A stretch of DNA of 64,000 nucleotides from a virus, in the IMG/VR virus record IMGVR_UViG_3300050343_000110; one strand, written 5' to 3'. Position 1 is the stretch's first letter, and every line of letters begins with the position of its first letter. Positions 21,468-31,417 of this stretch are shown piece by piece. A program made the position numbers and the translations under genes. The notes beneath the pieces were generated by a model. The model did no database searches, had not been told where the DNA came from, and was given only the letters and a program-made list of their open reading frames with translations.

Positions 21468-21957
21468 GTATTTGAAAACCAAAGAAGGTAGTCTTGAAAG
21501 TGCAGTGGAAGCGGTTTCTACTGCACAACAGGCTGCAATCGCAATATCAAAAAAAGAAAAAGCAGGGAAACCTGGCTATGATAAAGAAGGCAAATCATTG
21601 AAAGATGATATGACTACAGAGGACAAAGAAGCATATGAGAAGTTCTTCAAGTCTGCACTGAAGAAGTTTGGTGTTGACAGTCCTGCTGACTTCAAATCTG
21701 ATGAAGAGAAAAAGAAGTTCTTTGATTACGTTGACAAGAACTACAAGGGTGAAAACGAAAAGGCTGAAGAAGTCAAAGAAGAAACTCTTGCAATGAAAAC
21801 AGCAAAACACATTTCTGATATGTGGGCTGAAGCTTCATCAAAGAAAGATGTTAAGTCTGAAGAAGATGAAGATGAAGATGAGAAAAAAGAAGATGGTAAA
21901 ACTATGACAGGTAAACCCATGTCAAAGGTTGATACTAAGGTTGTAGAGAAGGACTAA
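21460..21957 (+). CDS. Probable internal head/core protein
   Basis: AQQAAIAISKKE and YEKFFKSALKKFGV...KKFFDYVD modules; highly charged. Confidence 0.55.
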   Translation: MPKYLKTKEGSLESAVEAVSTAQQAAIAISKKEKAGKPGYDKEGKSLKDDMTTEDKEAYEKFFKSALKKFGVDSPADFKSDEEKKKFFDYVDKNYKGENEKAEEVKEETLAMKTAKHISDMWAEASSKKDVKSEEDEDEDEKKEDGKTMTGKPMSKVDTKVVEKD

Positions 21958-21959
21958 TC

Positions 21960-22474
21960 ATGCGTAATCTTGTGGAACTCACAAAGATAAATGAAGCAGA
22001 GCTTCCACAAATATATTGTGACATGGATATCAAGTTCTTTGTGACTTCATTGGTGGTTATGAACAACTTACTGGTTTACAGTTTGCGAAAACCGATAAAG
22101 ATGAGCGGTGGAATGCAATCACAGGGAAGAAAGATTTCTGGGCAACTCTTAATTGGATGCCTGGCGCTAAAGTAATGTGGAAGTTGATTAATAAATATAA
22201 TGCAAATATTTTGTCTGCATATTCTAATAGAGATGGAAACAGTAGAAGGGGTAAGACACAATGGTTGTCTAAGAATGCCAAACCTACTGGTAAAACACAT
22301 CTTGTTCTGAGAGCAGATAAACAAAAGTATGCCATGACTGACGGTAAACCTAATATCTTGATTGATGATTATATCAAAAATATCAAGGAGTGGGAAGCCG
22401 CTGGTGGTATTGGGATTCATCATCTGAGTCCAACACAAACTATATCTCAATTGAAGAGATATGGATTTAGATAA
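21960..22474 (+). CDS. HAD-family 5'(3')-deoxyribonucleotidase-like protein (frameshift near 22026)
   Basis: IYCDMD(Q)VLCDF, ILSA, K..W, ILIDD...W..AGGIGI. Confidence 0.8.
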
Positions 22475-22508
22475 ATAGAAGAGAAATCTTTAATTAAGGA
22501 GAAAGACT

Positions 22509-23541
22509 ATGGCCCTATGGGGAAATACAGATGCAGATGAAGCAAAACCAAAGTGGCTCACTGCTGACCCAAAAGACTAACGTGTTTGCAACCAATAAAG
22601 GTTGGACACAATTAAATGGCAAAGGACTTGAAGAAGTTATTTGTGCAATCGGTGGATTGTCAGGCGCATTAAATGCTTCTGATATTACATCAGTAAAATT
22701 TGTTCAGACATCTCTTGCTGCTGGTTCAAGAACAATCTCAGTTGATGTATCATTCAACGAGAAAGTTGCTGTAACTGGTACTCCACAGTTGGTTGTGGAT
22801 AATGCCAACAACTCAAGTGCTGGTAACGGAGACTACACACTAGACTACGCAAGTGGTACAGGAACTAACAAGTTGAGATTCACTAAAGCATCTCAAACTG
22901 TTGCTGCAACAGACGTACTTGCAATCGGTGGTGGTTCACCATCTGCTACAGCAGTAACACTTAACGGTGGTACTATTACTGGTGTTGATGGTGATAAACT
23001 TGGTACAATCACAATCGCTACTGCGACTGCTGGTTCTACTACATTCCCAACTGCTTCAGTTGATACGAATACCGATTCGATTTCTGCTGGTACAGTAAAC
23101 ACTCTAGTTGCTAAAGTACACTCTGCAACAGTTGCTGCTGGTGGCTCTAACTATGCAGTGGGTAACGAGATTACTATTGCAAATGGTTTCGGTACAGGAA
23201 CTAACGCAGTACTAGTAGTTGCAACAGTTAATTCTGGTGCAGTATTAACTGCAACAGTAAAACCTGCTGCTCCTGGCGTGTACTCTGCAATCGCTGGTGG
23301 TGTTACAGGAATTGCACAACAATCAGTAAATACTGGTAGTGGTTCTGGTGCAACATTTGACTTGACACTTGCTGTCGCTTCACTTGCAGTGAACTCTGCT
23401 GGTGCTGGTTATTCTGCCGCTCCAGATATTCTACTTGCTGGTACAGGACTTGAACAACAAGCAACTGTATCTCTAGTAGGTACTGCTGCTGCACTTGCAA
23501 CAACTGGTGCTGCTCAAGAGACACTAACTGTAGTCGCATAA
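22509..23541 (+). CDS. Virion structural/fibre protein (frameshift near 22566)
   Basis: MALWG..D..KPKWL N-terminus; Ig-like FNEKV.VTGTP.L and Y.SGTGTNKL.F; G/T/A-rich. Confidence 0.7.
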
Positions 23542-23568
23542 GTAGTAATATAATAAACGGAGTATATA

Positions 23569-23829
23569 ATGGCAAAGAATGATAAGGCACAACTTAGTGT
23601 CGATGATATTGAAAAACGTAAAACAAATTTGAATACTGAGCTTGAACAGGTTCATGCTCAGATTCAAAAAATAGATAATATGAGAGTTCAGTTGACAGCA
23701 CAAGGTAACGCCATCAATGGTGCAATCCAACAATGTGATGCTTTTCTGCAACAATTAGGTGAGTCGAGTCCCGACAGTAGCATTCCCTCTCAAGAGGCAA
23801 ATCCAGCAATAAATGCTGTGATGTCTTGA
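23569..23829 (+). CDS. Coiled-coil hypothetical protein
   Basis: Heptad pattern; GGAG RBS. Confidence 0.6.
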   Translation: MAKNDKAQLSVDDIEKRKTNLNTELEQVHAQIQKIDNMRVQLTAQGNAINGAIQQCDAFLQQLGESSPDSSIPSQEANPAINAVMS

Positions 23830-23859
23830 GGGTTCAAATTAAACTAAGGAGAAAGAAAA

Positions 23860-24336
23860 ATGGCAGATAAGAAAATTACTGCACTATCAGATCTTGGAGC
23901 AGGTATTGCTGGCGAAGATCTACTTCATGTGATTGATGACCCATCAGGCAACCCTGTTAATAAACGTGTGTCTGTAACTGATGTTTTTGGTAATATTCCA
24001 TCTATTGTTGCACTTGGTGGAACACCACAGGCAATTACTGCAGCTACCACTGCACCAAATATTACTACAACAATCACCACTATTGACTCAACATCTGGAG
24101 CGCATACAGGAACTATTTCTGAGACTTCAGTTAAACAGGGTCAAATTAAGCATATCGTAAAGATTGCTGGATCAAACTCAAATACTTCTACACTTACAGT
24201 AACAACTGGTGTAGGTATTGCAACAATTGTTCTAACAAGAATTGGTGACTCTGTAACACTTATGTGGACAGGCGCTCAAGGATGGGCAGTTGTAGGAACT
24301 GGTGGCATTAGTGCCGGCGGCCCAACAATTACTTAA
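23860..24336 (+). CDS. Virion structural protein
   Basis: [11 protein letters not shown]-terminus; beta-rich GDSVTLMW C-terminus. Confidence 0.65.
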   Translation: MADKKITALSDLGAGIAGEDLLHVIDDPSGNPVNKRVSVTDVFGNIPSIVALGGTPQAITAATTAPNITTTITTIDSTSGAHTGTISETSVKQGQIKHIVKIAGSNSNTSTLTVTTGVGIATIVLTRIGDSVTLMWTGAQGWAVVGTGGISAGGPTIT

Positions 24337-24355
24337 TTAGAAAAAGGATAGAAAA

Positions 24356-24766
24356 ATGAAAACCTTTAAGAATCATTTAAACGAAAAGGCTGTAGATGGT
24401 GGTTATCCAGTAGATACAGATTCATTTTCTAACGACCTTGCAAAACCAGAAAATATCGAAAGAATTAATTCGTTTCTTGGTGCAATGAGTAAGATAGAAT
24501 ATCTTGTTCCAGAACACGCAATTAACAAAATTAAAGAAAGACTAGGTAGACTAGCAATTTCTTTCGGTGATGTTGACTTGAATGAGGCAGGGGGTAAAAT
24601 CTCCCTGCCACTTACTCAATTTGGTGGTCGTTCAGGAATGGATGATAATGCTGAAAAGATTGATGACGATGGTATCTCTCACAAAGTTGAGGGCGGTTTG
24701 TCAATTGAAATCATGCATGAAAAAACTGGAGCAGGAACACATTTTATTAAAGCCAGAATCGTTTAA
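24356..24766 (+). CDS. Hypothetical late protein with capsid-targeting-like N-terminus
   Basis: Starts MKTFKNHLNE. Confidence 0.6.
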   Translation: MKTFKNHLNEKAVDGGYPVDTDSFSNDLAKPENIERINSFLGAMSKIEYLVPEHAINKIKERLGRLAISFGDVDLNEAGGKISLPLTQFGGRSGMDDNAEKIDDDGISHKVEGGLSIEIMHEKTGAGTHFIKARIV

Positions 24767-24781
24767 TAGACGAAGGCAAAT

Positions 24782-25144
24782 ATGTTTGAAAAATTAACTA
24801 ATGATAACATCACAATGTTTGCAATTAAACATTATGATAATCCACAGTGTGAAGGTGAAGCCGAATTCCATGATGACATGAAACGCTTTAAGTATGTAAA
24901 GCGTTTGTTGAGAAAATATCAAGACTCGGGCGAATTAAAAGAACGACTGATATTAAATCACTTAATTGTTATCTTTAACGTGTTCGGTGCAGATGCTGGT
25001 TCTACATTGCTTCTGTTTAAGATTGAACCTGAGCATTGGAGTATTCTAAAAACATTTATGGTGTTTTTAAATATGCTACCAGATGGTGAAATTGCAGAAG
25101 TAGAATTAAACACTGAAGTCGAGAAAGTATTAGAGAAACTATAA
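24782..25144 (+). CDS. Conserved T4-like hypothetical protein
   Basis: FAIKHYDNP.C..EF.DD..RFKY.KRL..LILNH. Confidence 0.75.
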   Translation: MFEKLTNDNITMFAIKHYDNPQCEGEAEFHDDMKRFKYVKRLLRKYQDSGELKERLILNHLIVIFNVFGADAGSTLLLFKIEPEHWSILKTFMVFLNMLPDGEIAEVELNTEVEKVLEKL

Positions 25145-25756
25145 TGGGAAGAGCGATTGATTTATTTGTAACGTACCGTTTCATCAGACTGCTGACTACG
25201 CCGTTTGAAAAAACAGATGCGTTTAAGATGGGTATTATTGATAAGAACGGCAATAGGTTGCCGAAGAAACTGTATAAGATTGATGAACGCAATGCATATA
25301 CTGTATTGCATAAACTTGTATTCAATATCAAGAAACTATTTCAAAAAGTGCCTGGCCTTAGAACTAAGGTTGGTACATACGCTGCTGCCCTATTCTTACT
25401 GAAAGATACTTTCAAAGAACACGTTGAAGACCCCAAAGATGTTTGAGAAAGAGTTTCTTAAATATCTAGAGGAGAACAATATAGAACTTGATGATACTAT
25501 TGCAGAGGAAGTAACTCTGGACAACGGTAAACTATCAAAGGGTATCTATACTCTCACACAGGATGTTGTTGCAACAGAAGATGAGGAAGAAATTGAGGCA
25601 TTGGAAGGTGATGAGGTTGAGGTATTTGAAGATACACCAGCCGCAGATACTATTTTGGGCGTTGATGTTTTTCCAGTAATTCATATAAAAACAAAGCAGA
25701 AGATATTTGTTTCTGCTGAAGATATTAAGGAAGTAGATATAGGGGATCTATTATGA
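25144..25756 (+). CDS. Conserved T4-like hypothetical protein (frameshift near 25429)
   Basis: YRFIRLLTTPF..AFKMGIID..G; continues as MFEKEFLKYLEE. Confidence 0.65.
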
Positions 25757-26253
25757 GTCTAAAATTCGATGACATTATGAAAAAATTCTATGATGACCCA
25801 TCACTAGGTATCAAGACTGAAGATGCTCCTACCAACAATGCTGGTAGTGGTGCAGTCTCTATGCCACCTGATGCGGCAATGAAGAAGAAAAAGAAAAATC
25901 CATATGATGGTAGAACTAAAGAAGCAAGGCAGTTCTATAAGAGAATGGAAACGCTTCGTGCAAGAAGAGAATCTAGGCTTGCAAAGAAAGTTCAAGAGAA
26001 TACTATTGAACAGGCAAGTTATTTTGCAGAGAGTAATCTTGATGTGTTGAAAAAGATTGTAAAAGACAAACAACACCAAAATGTCAAATTTAAAGATGGG
26101 AATATGAAAGTGGACTTGTTCACTGCCTCAGCAGTAACACAAGTATATGACAAAGTTAATCGTTCCAACCAACAGAAGATGGATAAAATGTTGAATGGTA
26201 AGAAGGCAGAGTTTATGAAGATTGCCAACTTTGCACTTTCAAAGGTTAAATGA
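25753..26253 (+). CDS. Probable internal head protein
   Basis: EDAPTN, YDGRTKE and KFKDG..KVDLFTASA modules. Confidence 0.55.
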   Translation: MSLKFDDIMKKFYDDPSLGIKTEDAPTNNAGSGAVSMPPDAAMKKKKKNPYDGRTKEARQFYKRMETLRARRESRLAKKVQENTIEQASYFAESNLDVLKKIVKDKQHQNVKFKDGNMKVDLFTASAVTQVYDKVNRSNQQKMDKMLNGKKAEFMKIANFALSKVK

Positions 26254-27215
26254 AGAACTTTGCAAACTATATTACAGAACAAACTCTGTCTAAATCTGAC
26301 TTAGATGGAGTCGAAAAGTATGCAGATAGATTGTATGCGGCCGCTGGTATTGACGTTGAGTTTACCAGACATTTTCTTGACAGAGTAAATGACAGTCGTA
26401 ACAAGAAACAGATTACTGTGGCAGAACTTATTCGTATGTTTAAACAGTCTTATAAAAAGTTTGGTAAGAAGATTGCGAAACTTGGCCCTGATGCAGAGGC
26501 GGTATTAAATGATATGCAAACAGATATCAATATGCCCTTTGTTCTCAAATGGGATGGTAAAGAGTTAGACTTAATTGCAAAGACAGTAATGAGAAAGAGA
26601 AACTTTGGAACAACGAATCCAAAGTTAAGTTTTGAAGAATTTGAATTCTTTCCTGAAAACTTACATGAAAGAATTGTGCTTCCTGAACCCCCTACAGATT
26701 TACAAAAAGAAGCAGACAAAGTAAAACAGATTATTGCGAATAGGACTCCAGAAGATGAACAGTCTATTCGTATTCACGATGAGAATTCATTTTACGCTAT
26801 TGACAAATATTGTGAAGAACATGGGTTATTATTTCACGATAGTGAGATGAAAGATATCGTGATGCAAGCAAAACCCACAATCAAATATTTTAAAGAACAT
26901 TTCAATATTGATAGACCTCACGAAGTTGATCCGTCTATCAAACCAATGTCTAGTACTACAAACAAGACTAGAGCCTATCCAAGTGGACACGCAACTCAAT
27001 CAATGTTAGTTGGGTTGTACGTTTCTGCAAAGTTTCCAGAACATGAGGATGGTATAATCAGGGCCGCAAAAGAATGTGGACTTGGTAGAGTGAAAGCAGG
27101 ATTTCATTATCTTGCAGATTATGTCGCTGGCAATTTACTTGCAGAAAAAATGTTCCTAGTTATGAACAAAGATAACTATGGTAAATATATAAAGGAAGAA
27201 ATTGATGGCGCCTAG
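26250..27215 (+). CDS. Two-domain protein with C-terminal PAP2 / class A acid phosphatase
   Basis: K..F..RP, YPSGH, R..AGFHY..D; N-terminus MKNFANYITE. Confidence 0.8.
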   Translation: MKNFANYITEQTLSKSDLDGVEKYADRLYAAAGIDVEFTRHFLDRVNDSRNKKQITVAELIRMFKQSYKKFGKKIAKLGPDAEAVLNDMQTDINMPFVLKWDGKELDLIAKTVMRKRNFGTTNPKLSFEEFEFFPENLHERIVLPEPPTDLQKEADKVKQIIANRTPEDEQSIRIHDENSFYAIDKYCEEHGLLFHDSEMKDIVMQAKPTIKYFKEHFNIDRPHEVDPSIKPMSSTTNKTRAYPSGHATQSMLVGLYVSAKFPEHEDGIIRAAKECGLGRVKAGFHYLADYVAGNLLAEKMFLVMNKDNYGKYIKEEIDGA

Positions 27216-28272
27216 AAATCACAAACAGTGGAAATCAGTTCCAAACGTAGAATACATTTCAAGTGAATGTTATAATAACAACAGCATATTCCAACAAGAA
27301 CAAGAACTAATCTTCAGTAAAGTTTGGATTCCTATGTGTCACATCAGTGAGATGTATGAAAAGGGAAACTATAGAACAACGCAAATAGCAGGACAAAATG
27401 TTATTGCATATAATACAGGGGAACTTGGTGCAAGAGCATTTATCAATAATGGGCCTCAGATGCCTTCTGGTAAACTGTGGAATGATGATACCTTTGGTAG
27501 AGAACTGCATTGTGAAATAAAACATGGTGGTATGGTTTGGGTTACACTAGACCCTAATCCAACACAGAGTGTGGATGAATGGACTGCTGGTGCATTTGAT
27601 TGTATTGCAGAAGCAATTGACACAGAAGAGATGGAAGTATTCCACTACCACAAAGCCATTATAAATACAAACTACAAGTTATGGCACGATACTAACTCTG
27701 AGTTCTACCACGACTTTATGCACTACTTTAATCGTGTGTCTGGATTCAATGATGAGTATTTTGCTAGAAAAAATATCCCTTTCGACAATGGCCACGTTAA
27801 TGTTAGTTCATTTACAGTCAACTACGAAGAGTACGATGGGTTTGAGGATAGAGGCGAACTTAGTTTCCCTAACCTCCCCCCTAATCAATGGTACATGGTT
27901 GACTTATTTCCTGGCTTTAACTTTAATCTTAGAGGGAGTGCTTATAGAAGCGATAGTGTTACGCCTCTGGGCCCGAATGAAGTTCTTATAGAATTTCGTG
28001 GATATGGATTAAGAAAAGACACAAAAGAAGAAAGACAGACTAGAATTAAACATCATAATTCTATCTGGGGCCCGTTTGGTAGAAATCTCCATGAAGATTT
28101 GATTGGAGTTGCTGGACAGGGAACGACTATGCGTGAAGGAACAGAAGCACGAAATATCCTACACGGTAGACATGAGAATGGAACTATCCACGATGAAGTG
28201 GGTATGAGACATTACTATGGTGCATGGGGTGATATGCTGGGTGTAAATCCAGAACAACCTCTCGCCGCATAA
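27205..28272 (+). CDS. Ring-hydroxylating oxygenase alpha subunit, MsmA (methanesulfonate monooxygenase)-like, lacking the Rieske motif
   Basis: EQELIFSKVW..CH.SE, NYKLWHDTNSEFYHDFMH, WGPFGRNLHEDL, IHDE.GMRH; no CxH/CxxH. Confidence 0.8.
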   Translation: MAPRNHKQWKSVPNVEYISSECYNNNSIFQQEQELIFSKVWIPMCHISEMYEKGNYRTTQIAGQNVIAYNTGELGARAFINNGPQMPSGKLWNDDTFGRELHCEIKHGGMVWVTLDPNPTQSVDEWTAGAFDCIAEAIDTEEMEVFHYHKAIINTNYKLWHDTNSEFYHDFMHYFNRVSGFNDEYFARKNIPFDNGHVNVSSFTVNYEEYDGFEDRGELSFPNLPPNQWYMVDLFPGFNFNLRGSAYRSDSVTPLGPNEVLIEFRGYGLRKDTKEERQTRIKHHNSIWGPFGRNLHEDLIGVAGQGTTMREGTEARNILHGRHENGTIHDEVGMRHYYGAWGDMLGVNPEQPLAA

Positions 28273-28283
28273 AGGAGACTAAA

Positions 28284-28445
28284 ATGAAAAATTGGATTAA
28301 ATCACGAATCGCAGAAAGAACATCTTGGGATGGTGCAGTATGTATCGGACTAGGAGTTATGATTCTATTCATGGCACCTCTTGCCAAGATTGCAGCAGGA
28401 CTTGCAATTGCATGGGGAGTTTGGACAATTTGGAAATCAGAATGA
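28284..28445 (+). CDS. Small two-TM membrane protein, candidate holin
   Basis: MKNWIKSRIAERTSWDGAVCIGLGVMILFMAPLAKIAAGLAIAWGVWTIWKSE; AAGGAG RBS; upstream of spanins. Confidence 0.55.
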   Translation: MKNWIKSRIAERTSWDGAVCIGLGVMILFMAPLAKIAAGLAIAWGVWTIWKSE

Positions 28446-28564
28446 TTGGGCCAGAAAGATATTGTGAATCTTGTAAATGCAGATGTCACTGTTATTCACA
28501 AGAATGTCCTAATTGTACAAACGATATCTGCACAGAATGTAAATGTGAGGAATCAAAAAAGTGA
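28442..28564 (+). CDS. Cys-rich metallothionein-like peptide (40 aa, 10 Cys)
   Basis: MIGPERYCESCKCRCHCYSQECPNCTNDICTECKCEESKK; ATGA/GTGA-coupled at both ends. Confidence 0.55.
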   Translation: MIGPERYCESCKCRCHCYSQECPNCTNDICTECKCEESKK

Positions 28565-29064
28565 TTAAACTATATGGGGCAATCGCTCTCATAGCAATCT
28601 TGGGTGGTGTAGGTTATGGTGCAAAATACTATTACGACACCACCCAAAATACTATTGCACAATTGCGTGACAATAATGCAAAGCTAGAAGTTGCAGTTGA
28701 CACTGCACAGAATAGTGTAGAAACGCTACAGGGTGATATGGTAAAACTTGCAACCTTGAATAAAGGATTGCAACAAGACTTACAGAAGGCAGAAGCATAT
28801 GGGGATGAACTTAGATCGAAACTAAGTAAACTTGACCTTGTTGTGGAAGCATTAAAGAATTCAAAAAGTTTAGAAGGAAAGATGAATGGTGCTACAGCGA
28901 ATTTGTGGCGTGACTTCATGGGTGACACCGGCGGTAATTCTGAGCGTCCTCTTCCTAACTGGTTGCAGCAATCTCCGACAGGAGCCGGAGATCAAAGTAG
29001 TAACCAAGGTGGAGAAAGTTCAGATACCAGTGGTAGCACAACCGAAGCCACTCCAACTGAATGA
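28561..29064 (+). CDS. i-spanin (Rz-like)
   Basis: N-terminal TM followed by a long coiled coil; overlaps a lipoprotein ORF. Confidence 0.75.
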   Translation: MIKLYGAIALIAILGGVGYGAKYYYDTTQNTIAQLRDNNAKLEVAVDTAQNSVETLQGDMVKLATLNKGLQQDLQKAEAYGDELRSKLSKLDLVVEALKNSKSLEGKMNGATANLWRDFMGDTGGNSERPLPNWLQQSPTGAGDQSSNQGGESSDTSGSTTEATPTE

Positions 29065-29287
29065 TACTAGAGTATTTGTAGTAAACAAAGATAACTATGA
29101 AGAGTTTGTCAAAGAGTTCACAGAGACTTATGGCGAACTTGCGTTTGTTGCTTTGTCAATGAAGGACTATCAAAATCTTGCATTGAACATTGCAGATATC
29201 AAACGGTACTTAGAACAACAAAAAGAAATAATCATATATTATGAGAAAGCGGTGACAGAAGAACCAAAGGAGAAAGAAGATGATTGA
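28886..29287 (+). CDS. o-spanin (Rz1-like lipoprotein)
   Basis: Lipobox LTGC, Pro-rich segment, overlapping the i-spanin 3' end. Confidence 0.75.
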   Translation: MVLQRICGVTSWVTPAVILSVLFLTGCSNLRQEPEIKVVTKVEKVQIPVVAQPKPLQLNDTRVFVVNKDNYEEFVKEFTETYGELAFVALSMKDYQNLALNIADIKRYLEQQKEIIIYYEKAVTEEPKEKEDD

Positions 29288-29861
29288 TATGATTATCGAC
29301 TTGGCAATGACATGGTGGCAGTTTACTGTAGTAGGTATTCTCATCATTATAGGTTTTATCATCAATATGTTTGGTGTAGATAACAAAGACAAAAGACTTG
29401 GATTTGAATACAAGGAAATGCCACATATGCAACCAATAGCAATCCCAACAGCCGGAAAAGGTTTTTGGAGTGCAATCTGGATGTGGTTGATGGGTTCAAG
29501 ACATTGGGTAGTGTCAAAAGACTTTCACTACACAATTGATGAAGTTGACTATGTAATTCCAAAAGGATTTATGTTTGACGGAGCATCCATACCTAAGTTC
29601 CTACATACCTGGCTATCCCCCACAGGAGTACTGCTGATGGGTGGTCTTGTTCACGACTATGCATACAAGTATGCAACACTCAGAGGAAAAGATGGCGGCA
29701 CATGGGGTAAGATGAATCAGAAAGAGGCAGACCAAATCTTTCGTGACATAAATATAGAACAGAATGGTTTTCACTTTCTAAACTATCTTGCATATTGGGC
29801 GTTAAGAATTGGTGGCTTCGTTGCATGGAACGGCCATAGAAAAAACGACAAGAAAAAGTAG
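29280..29861 (+). CDS. DUF1353-family protein
   Basis: IPKGF.FDGASIP...VHDY.Y...AD.IF. Confidence 0.8.
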   Translation: MIDMIIDLAMTWWQFTVVGILIIIGFIINMFGVDNKDKRLGFEYKEMPHMQPIAIPTAGKGFWSAIWMWLMGSRHWVVSKDFHYTIDEVDYVIPKGFMFDGASIPKFLHTWLSPTGVLLMGGLVHDYAYKYATLRGKDGGTWGKMNQKEADQIFRDINIEQNGFHFLNYLAYWALRIGGFVAWNGHRKNDKKK

Positions 29862-29879
29862 AATGGAATAGATATTGCA

Positions 29880-30335
29880 ATGGCTACAGTAAAGACGATT
29901 GAAACGGAAGTTGAACTTCTAAAAAGAGAAGTTGCTGACATGAAGCAAATTCATGTGAGGTTGGATTCTGCTATCGAAAAGATTGCAGACGTTTCAACGT
30001 CTTTACATACTATCATGGCAGTGCATGAAGAGAAATTAATTAGACAGGAAGAAGCATTGGAAGGACAGGAAAAGGAGTTCAGAGATAGCGTTCAAGAACT
30101 GCATAGTAGAATTACGACCAATGCAAAAGAAACATCAACGCAGATGGGGGAAATGGAACGCCGTCTACATGATGCAATGAATGAACACAATCGTAAAGAA
30201 ACAGAACAGTTCATACGGTTGCGTGAAGAATTATCAACCAGAGTAGGCATACTGGAAAAATGGAGATACCTAATCATAGGCGGCTCTATCGTCATAGGAT
30301 TTGCACTTACAGAGATACTACCAATCTTTATGTAA
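29880..30335 (+). CDS. Coiled-coil protein with C-terminal TM (conserved upstream of primase)
   Basis: MAVHEEKL, RV..LEKWRY plus hydrophobic tail. Confidence 0.65.
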   Translation: MATVKTIETEVELLKREVADMKQIHVRLDSAIEKIADVSTSLHTIMAVHEEKLIRQEEALEGQEKEFRDSVQELHSRITTNAKETSTQMGEMERRLHDAMNEHNRKETEQFIRLREELSTRVGILEKWRYLIIGGSIVIGFALTEILPIFM

Positions 30336-30377
30336 AATCTATTGACAAGTGAGATGAAAACGTGTATATTATGACTT

Positions 30378-31396
30378 ATGAATTACATTGACACAAAATA
30401 TATTTCACTGATATCACACAGACTAAGAAACTTCACAAAGAAGGGTGACTTCTTGTGGAACTTTTCTTGTCCATTCTGTGGTGATTCTCAGAGGAATAAG
30501 AAGAAGGCCAGGGGTTTTGTTTATAGAACAAAGAGTGACTTGTTCTATAAATGTCACAACTGTGCTCATGGTACTAACCTATCTAAACTCATTGAGTATG
30601 TAGATCCAAATACACATAAAGAATATGTGATGGAGAGATACAAAGAGGGTAGTAACGGTACACCATACAAGGGTGCATATAAAACACCAGAACCAGATTT
30701 CATTTTTGAAAGTCCTGTGTTCAAAACCTTTGACGGACTAAGTAGTTTTGCAGAATTGGATGATACACATCCGGCTGTCAAATTTTTATTGGATAGAATG
30801 CTTCCTAGAGATTCTTGGAACGATATATATTTCTGTCCAAAGTTTTTTGAGTTTACTAATCGTTATGTTCCAAATAAGTTTCCTTCACTGAATGGCGATC
30901 ATCCTCGTATGATTATTCCTTTTAGAAAAGAAGATGGAACTATATTTGCTTATCAAGGAAGAGCGTTTGGTAAAGAAAAACAAAAGTATATTACTATCAT
31001 TTTGGACAAAGAATGTCCTAAAGATATTTGGGCTTGATAGGGTGGACACTTCTAGGAGATATTTTTGTCGTGGAAGGCCCTTTTGATAGTCTTTTTATTA
31101 CCAAACTGTATTGCGGTCGCTCAAAGTGATTTGCGTGTACCTCAATACAAAGATAAGGCAGTTCTTGTTCCAGATAACGAACCAAGAAACAAACAAGTAA
31201 TGTAAACAAATAGAACAGTGTAGTTGAAGATGGATATAGTGTTGTTGTCTGGCCACATGGGGTAAAAGAAAAAGATATAAACGATATGATTATTATCTGG
31301 AATGGACGCTCAGCAGAGATTCAAGAAATTATACATAATAACACCCATAAAGGATTACAAGCACAAACCGTTTTCAGTTCGTGGAAAAAAATATAG
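30378..31396 (+). CDS. gp61: DNA primase gp61 (several frameshifts after about 31015)
   Basis: CPFCGDS..CHNC zinc finger, YQGRA, VEGPFDSLF, DNEPRN, KDINDM in shifted frames. Confidence 0.9.
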
Positions 31397-31417
31397 GAAA
31401 CATTAGGAGATACAAAC

